Source: Bugula neritina (lineage: Eukaryota; Animalia; Bryozoa). From it: 64,000 nt of DNA. The stretch's first letter is position 1. Each line of letters starts with the position of its first letter. The translations under genes and the position numbers were made by a program. Shown here one piece after another: positions 59,771 through 64,000 of the stretch. The notes beneath the pieces are model-generated. The model saw nothing but the letters and a program-made list of their open reading frames with translations. It did not search any database and was not told where the DNA came from. Location of the stretch: the NCBI GenBank assembly GCA_964035545.1, contig OZ037770.1, positions 2,698,662 to 2,762,661 of the forward strand. Reading direction: 5' to 3'.

Positions 59771-62700
59771 TTCAATATAGACATTGTCACCCTCCATTCT
59801 CAGAAGCAATTACAAATTCAATTCACTCTCCATCTATTGGAAACACCCTTGTTTTAGCTATGCTTTTATTGTCATCTATAACATCAATAAAATATACATA
59901 AATAGTTGTGCTAGCCAAGGCAATGGTTCATGCTTGCAACAACCGAAGTTGTGTCGTGAGAAAATCTTGTATCTATTAAAAGATGTTAGTTTTATGCTTC
60001 TTTTTCTGATTTAAAGTTGCTTGGTATTCAACTTTACATAAACTGTTTTTTCATTAAACATGTCATGCAGCTACTGTAACATACTCCATTAAACTATTAA
60101 ATTAATTTGCAAGTGCCAAGTAGCAATGGCACAGTGCACGTTTTGGTATGATAGAAGTATTTTATCTATCTATATCTTAAATATTTCATTTCTGAATGCG
60201 AACATTTAGACATAAACTATTCCAACTAAACATAGATAGGTGCATCACAATGATTTTAAAACAATCTAGATAATCGTAAAAATGCACACAAATTAAATCA
60301 ATATTGCAAGTAAATTTCTTCCCATTAAATTTTGGCAGAATGTATCGAAAGAATGTTGTTTGTCAGAAAACAATGAATATTGCTATTTTTGCATCTCGTG
60401 TTATACTACCAACATTCATTAGTTAAACAGTTGTCAAGGTTAATGACTTCGCTGAAACATGTGACACAGCCGGTCTAATGGGTGCTTAAAAGTTGGTTAA
60501 ACCAGCAATAAATGTGCTATAACCAAGAGTAATATGAGTGTTGTTAGTAGACCTTATAGTAATATAGCTGAAGTCAAATAGTGAATCCATAGTACTAAAT
60601 AATATAATTTATTGGTATTACTAAAGATTTTATATGTTTGTACATAGTAGTAGCAGAAGTTGTCCTATCATGAAATACGATGACTTCACTGTTGTATTTA
60701 AGCAGTAGGTTCCTCTACAGAATGATTAATTTCATAACTTGCGCTTTTAAGAATTATCCCGCAGTAAGATGTAAATGGTACATAAGAAAAAAGTTAGCCA
60801 CCTTCTTAAAGAAGACAACTCCTATTGTGAATAAACTTCAAAAATAAAAATTTGCTTGTAAGAAAAGAAAAGTTCAAAATTTAAACTTTTATGCCATATC
60901 AGTGGTCATGCTGTGCAGTACACAGTTAGTTTAAGGTCACACTTTTCATTTTCTGGCTCTTTGCCAGGTGCTTTATGTTCTATATGACCAATGTTCCACT
61001 GATAGCTCGAACAGGTTGAATGTCACAGGAACAAAAAAAATATGAAAAGATAAAGAAACTTATGTTCTCCAATATACTTTTTTATTTTTTTCAAAAACCA
61101 ATTCATGTTTAAGTTATAGCTTGTTGAAAAACATAGTCCCCCTTCCACATTCTTTTCAATTTATACGCTCCTGACTTGTTATTGCGTCTCAATATGCCTT
61201 GTATTTGAGTGCTAGTTAGTCTCGCTTCACTAACTTTGCCTATACTTCACAAGTGCCAGTGCTGCTGGCTCAAAAGCTAAATGTTATAAACTGTCAGCTA
61301 AAACCCAATCTTGTATTCCTAGGTTGGTTAGCCTAAATAAAACAATAGTCAAATCATGATTTCATGTTTTAAAAATTTACTCTATTCTAACCTGCTGCCT
61401 AGCTATAGTTCTATTTTTGATGTATAATTACAAAATTTGTGATACATTTTTTTGGCAACCATGTGATTTATAAAATGCAGTAATGGTACTTATAATATTA
61501 TATTATTATCATTATAATATATTATATAGTATTATGTGTGTTTTTATTATACTGCATAATATCTATTTTATTATTGTTGTTGTGCAAACAAGTGCAATTA
61601 ACCTAGTTTTCAAAATGTACCTCTAAATTATCAGAATATCAGTTTAGATATGTTCATGCTTTGTAAGGTAAACCTAAAAAAAGAGGCTGTATTCCCAAAG
61701 TAAAGGGTGTTGAACTATGAACTATATTAGATTAGCCACTCTGCTACCAAGTGCATCAGTATAATATTATATGAATAGCTCTGATGCTTTGTCTCCGGTG
61801 GCTGGCTGCGATATGATAACTTGGCCAACTTCCAAGAGTTTAAAATTGGCGCAATTATTCAAGAGGTTACATACTGCACAGAGCTAGCAGTGATAGTAAC
61901 CTTGCTATTGACAGTACTTATTACAACTGCCAGCATATAAGCTGCATTGTAGAATGCCGTTGGGGTAGGCTAGTAAAACCAAATTCTGCTCTCTAATATA
62001 CCTTAGACACAATGCAGCAACACAATTTTTAGTTTCAAATTACATTTGCCACCCTTACATGAGCTGTGGGCTTCATAAAGATTCATATGATTAGAGATTT
62101 ATGCTATAGGCCCTATCTGTGCTAGTGTATGATGAAAATAACACACCATTGTCAAAGTTAACTTCAAGTATGTTGTTTTCCAGAAACTCAGTAATGTCCA
62201 TTTATCTCTCGCATACAAATACTTATGTAATAGCATACAGTTTAAGTTTTATTTTAGAGCACATCTGCAAACTCTACAATAAGAGCTTGCTTTACCAGTC
62301 TATTTCAGACCTGTTTTTGTAGCTAGCATTACGCAAGCTACTTATTTTTTAAACTTTTGGGTTATTTGTTCAAAACCATTAGCTTTGCTAATGGTTTTGA
62401 ACAAATGCAACCTGAGACTATTGCAACAGTTGACTGCTATCAGCATCAATTGACAGCCTAATAATTATAACCCATTTGCGCGCGAAATATTCATGTAATC
62501 ATAGTTACTCATATAGTGCGTGTTTGTAATATCGATGACTGCGTGGTCCAGAGGTTAGAGGCGTCAGCGAGGAGTTGGTTGGTCATGGTTCAACCCTGTT
62601 TTGTTGCAATTTTTTTTATCAACTTATGCAAATCCTACGCATGTATAATAAATATGGCTATAATTGTAAAGTTTTTTTTCAACTTTTGTTCAACAGTAAG

Positions 62701-64000
62701 ACAACATACATGCATAATAATTAGATACTGAACACTGGACTAAACCTTAAATTGATCTTATAGAATACAATGTACTTAAAATAATCATATGCGAATTAGA
62801 GAAACTGAAAGTACACCTGCTGACAAGACTGCAAAGTGAAGTGATTTAGCTGAAATTAACTCTGCCAAACAAACAAAGAATTATGTTGTGCTGAGGCATT
62901 TTCAATATATTATTGTAACATAGTGAGATGATTCAGCTAAGCGCTAATGTAAAACAGGGAACATTATATTGGCAGAAATCCAATAGATTGCCAATTTGTG
63001 CGAGAGGGTACTATATGTTATTGTGATAGCGCAGAGCGGCAAACGTACTAGGAATGTTATAATTAGTCACAGGAGCGTAGCTAGAACCACCATATGAAGA
63101 ATTTAGAAAATTGCAGTGAAACTTGCAAAATGGTGTATGTTTTTACCAAATTGTGAAGAGCATAAACAGAATTTCAAAAAACAAAGAAAGTATATTAGAG
63201 AAAACATATCAAGGAATGTCAAGTTTAACTTTTAGACTTTATAAAATGAATCCCCTGTGCTACAGCAGTGGAACATGGAGGGTGTAAAATTTTACTTATT
63301 ATGCAACAACTTTCTCAGAAAATTTTTTATTGAAAAATTAAAAAAGTATATGAAAGAGGAATGCAAGAGCTATCTTTTCATGTAAAATTTGTTAATGTGA
63401 GACAAAAACTGTTCGAGCTATCCCCTGGAAACCGTTTATATATAACATAAAGCAGTGCTTGAATCTGGAAAGTAATGACCTTAAACTAACTGTGTACAGC
63501 AGTTAACAATAGCATGCAATGGAAGTTAGCTATAATTAGTATAAGTTTTATAGTAGTGGTAAATCAAAGCCAACCAAAAATTTCCTTTCCATCCGATCAG
63601 AAATCCCAAACCATTTTAGTACATACTCGCACAAAATTCATTATAGAACAAAATATTAGTTTAGGCATCCAACTTTAAACCAGTATGTAAATAAAACTAA
63701 CGTATATAAGGATATTTTAGTACTGCATAAGTGGAGTGTGTCAGGGATTCTTTAACCAAGAATAAAGCTTGAAATTTGAAAAATGCTTCTAAAGCTTTTA
63801 TTTTTGTAATATTAACCTTATTTTTACAGAAAAAAGTAAACTAATTTAAGTTTAAAGATTTTTCTATGGTTGTTTGAATATAATATAATATTGCCCTTCA
63901 AATTTATTTTTTATAATCGTTATTGCATATACATGTTGCATGTACTTGAACATAGAATAACCTGACCAAGTTGGCACCATTAGTTACGCCTCCTGTACAT

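Noticed and set aside
59568-59901. Cluster of overlapping ORFs
   Set aside because: Products of the (TGTC)n microsatellite.

Overview
AT-rich, intron-rich animal (invertebrate-like) nuclear DNA; no prokaryotic features. Genes reconstructed by hand from GT-AG sites and frame continuity: (1) the first three coding exons of a mitochondrial-type malic enzyme (- strand, runs off the left edge); (2) a 12-exon, 291-aa orphan type I membrane protein (- strand, 7107-15679), largely missed by the ORF track; (3) two convergent intronless 318-aa rhodopsin-family GPCRs with non-canonical motifs; (4) a complete 17-exon, 860-aa ARMC2 (+ strand, 43590-54853); (5) the first two exons of an Ig-superfamily gene (+ strand, 58297 onward). 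Positions ~28.4-40.0 kb are a transposon graveyard (Harbinger MADF, hAT, KDZ, Mutator-like, RTE, Penelope remnants) containing a decayed, internally duplicated multi-Ig-domain gene. MITEs with TSDs and a tRNA-derived SINE family are scattered throughout. The most unusual signal is that exon-flanking intronic minisatellites are often built from splicing signals: ~31 copies of the U1 snRNA 5' end sequence, >30 UACUAAC branch-point motifs, and tandem-duplicated acceptor and donor sites in ARMC2. A candidate 3-exon, 15-aa CaaX micropeptide gene lies head-to-head with malic enzyme. Family assignments come from remembered motifs, not database searches.
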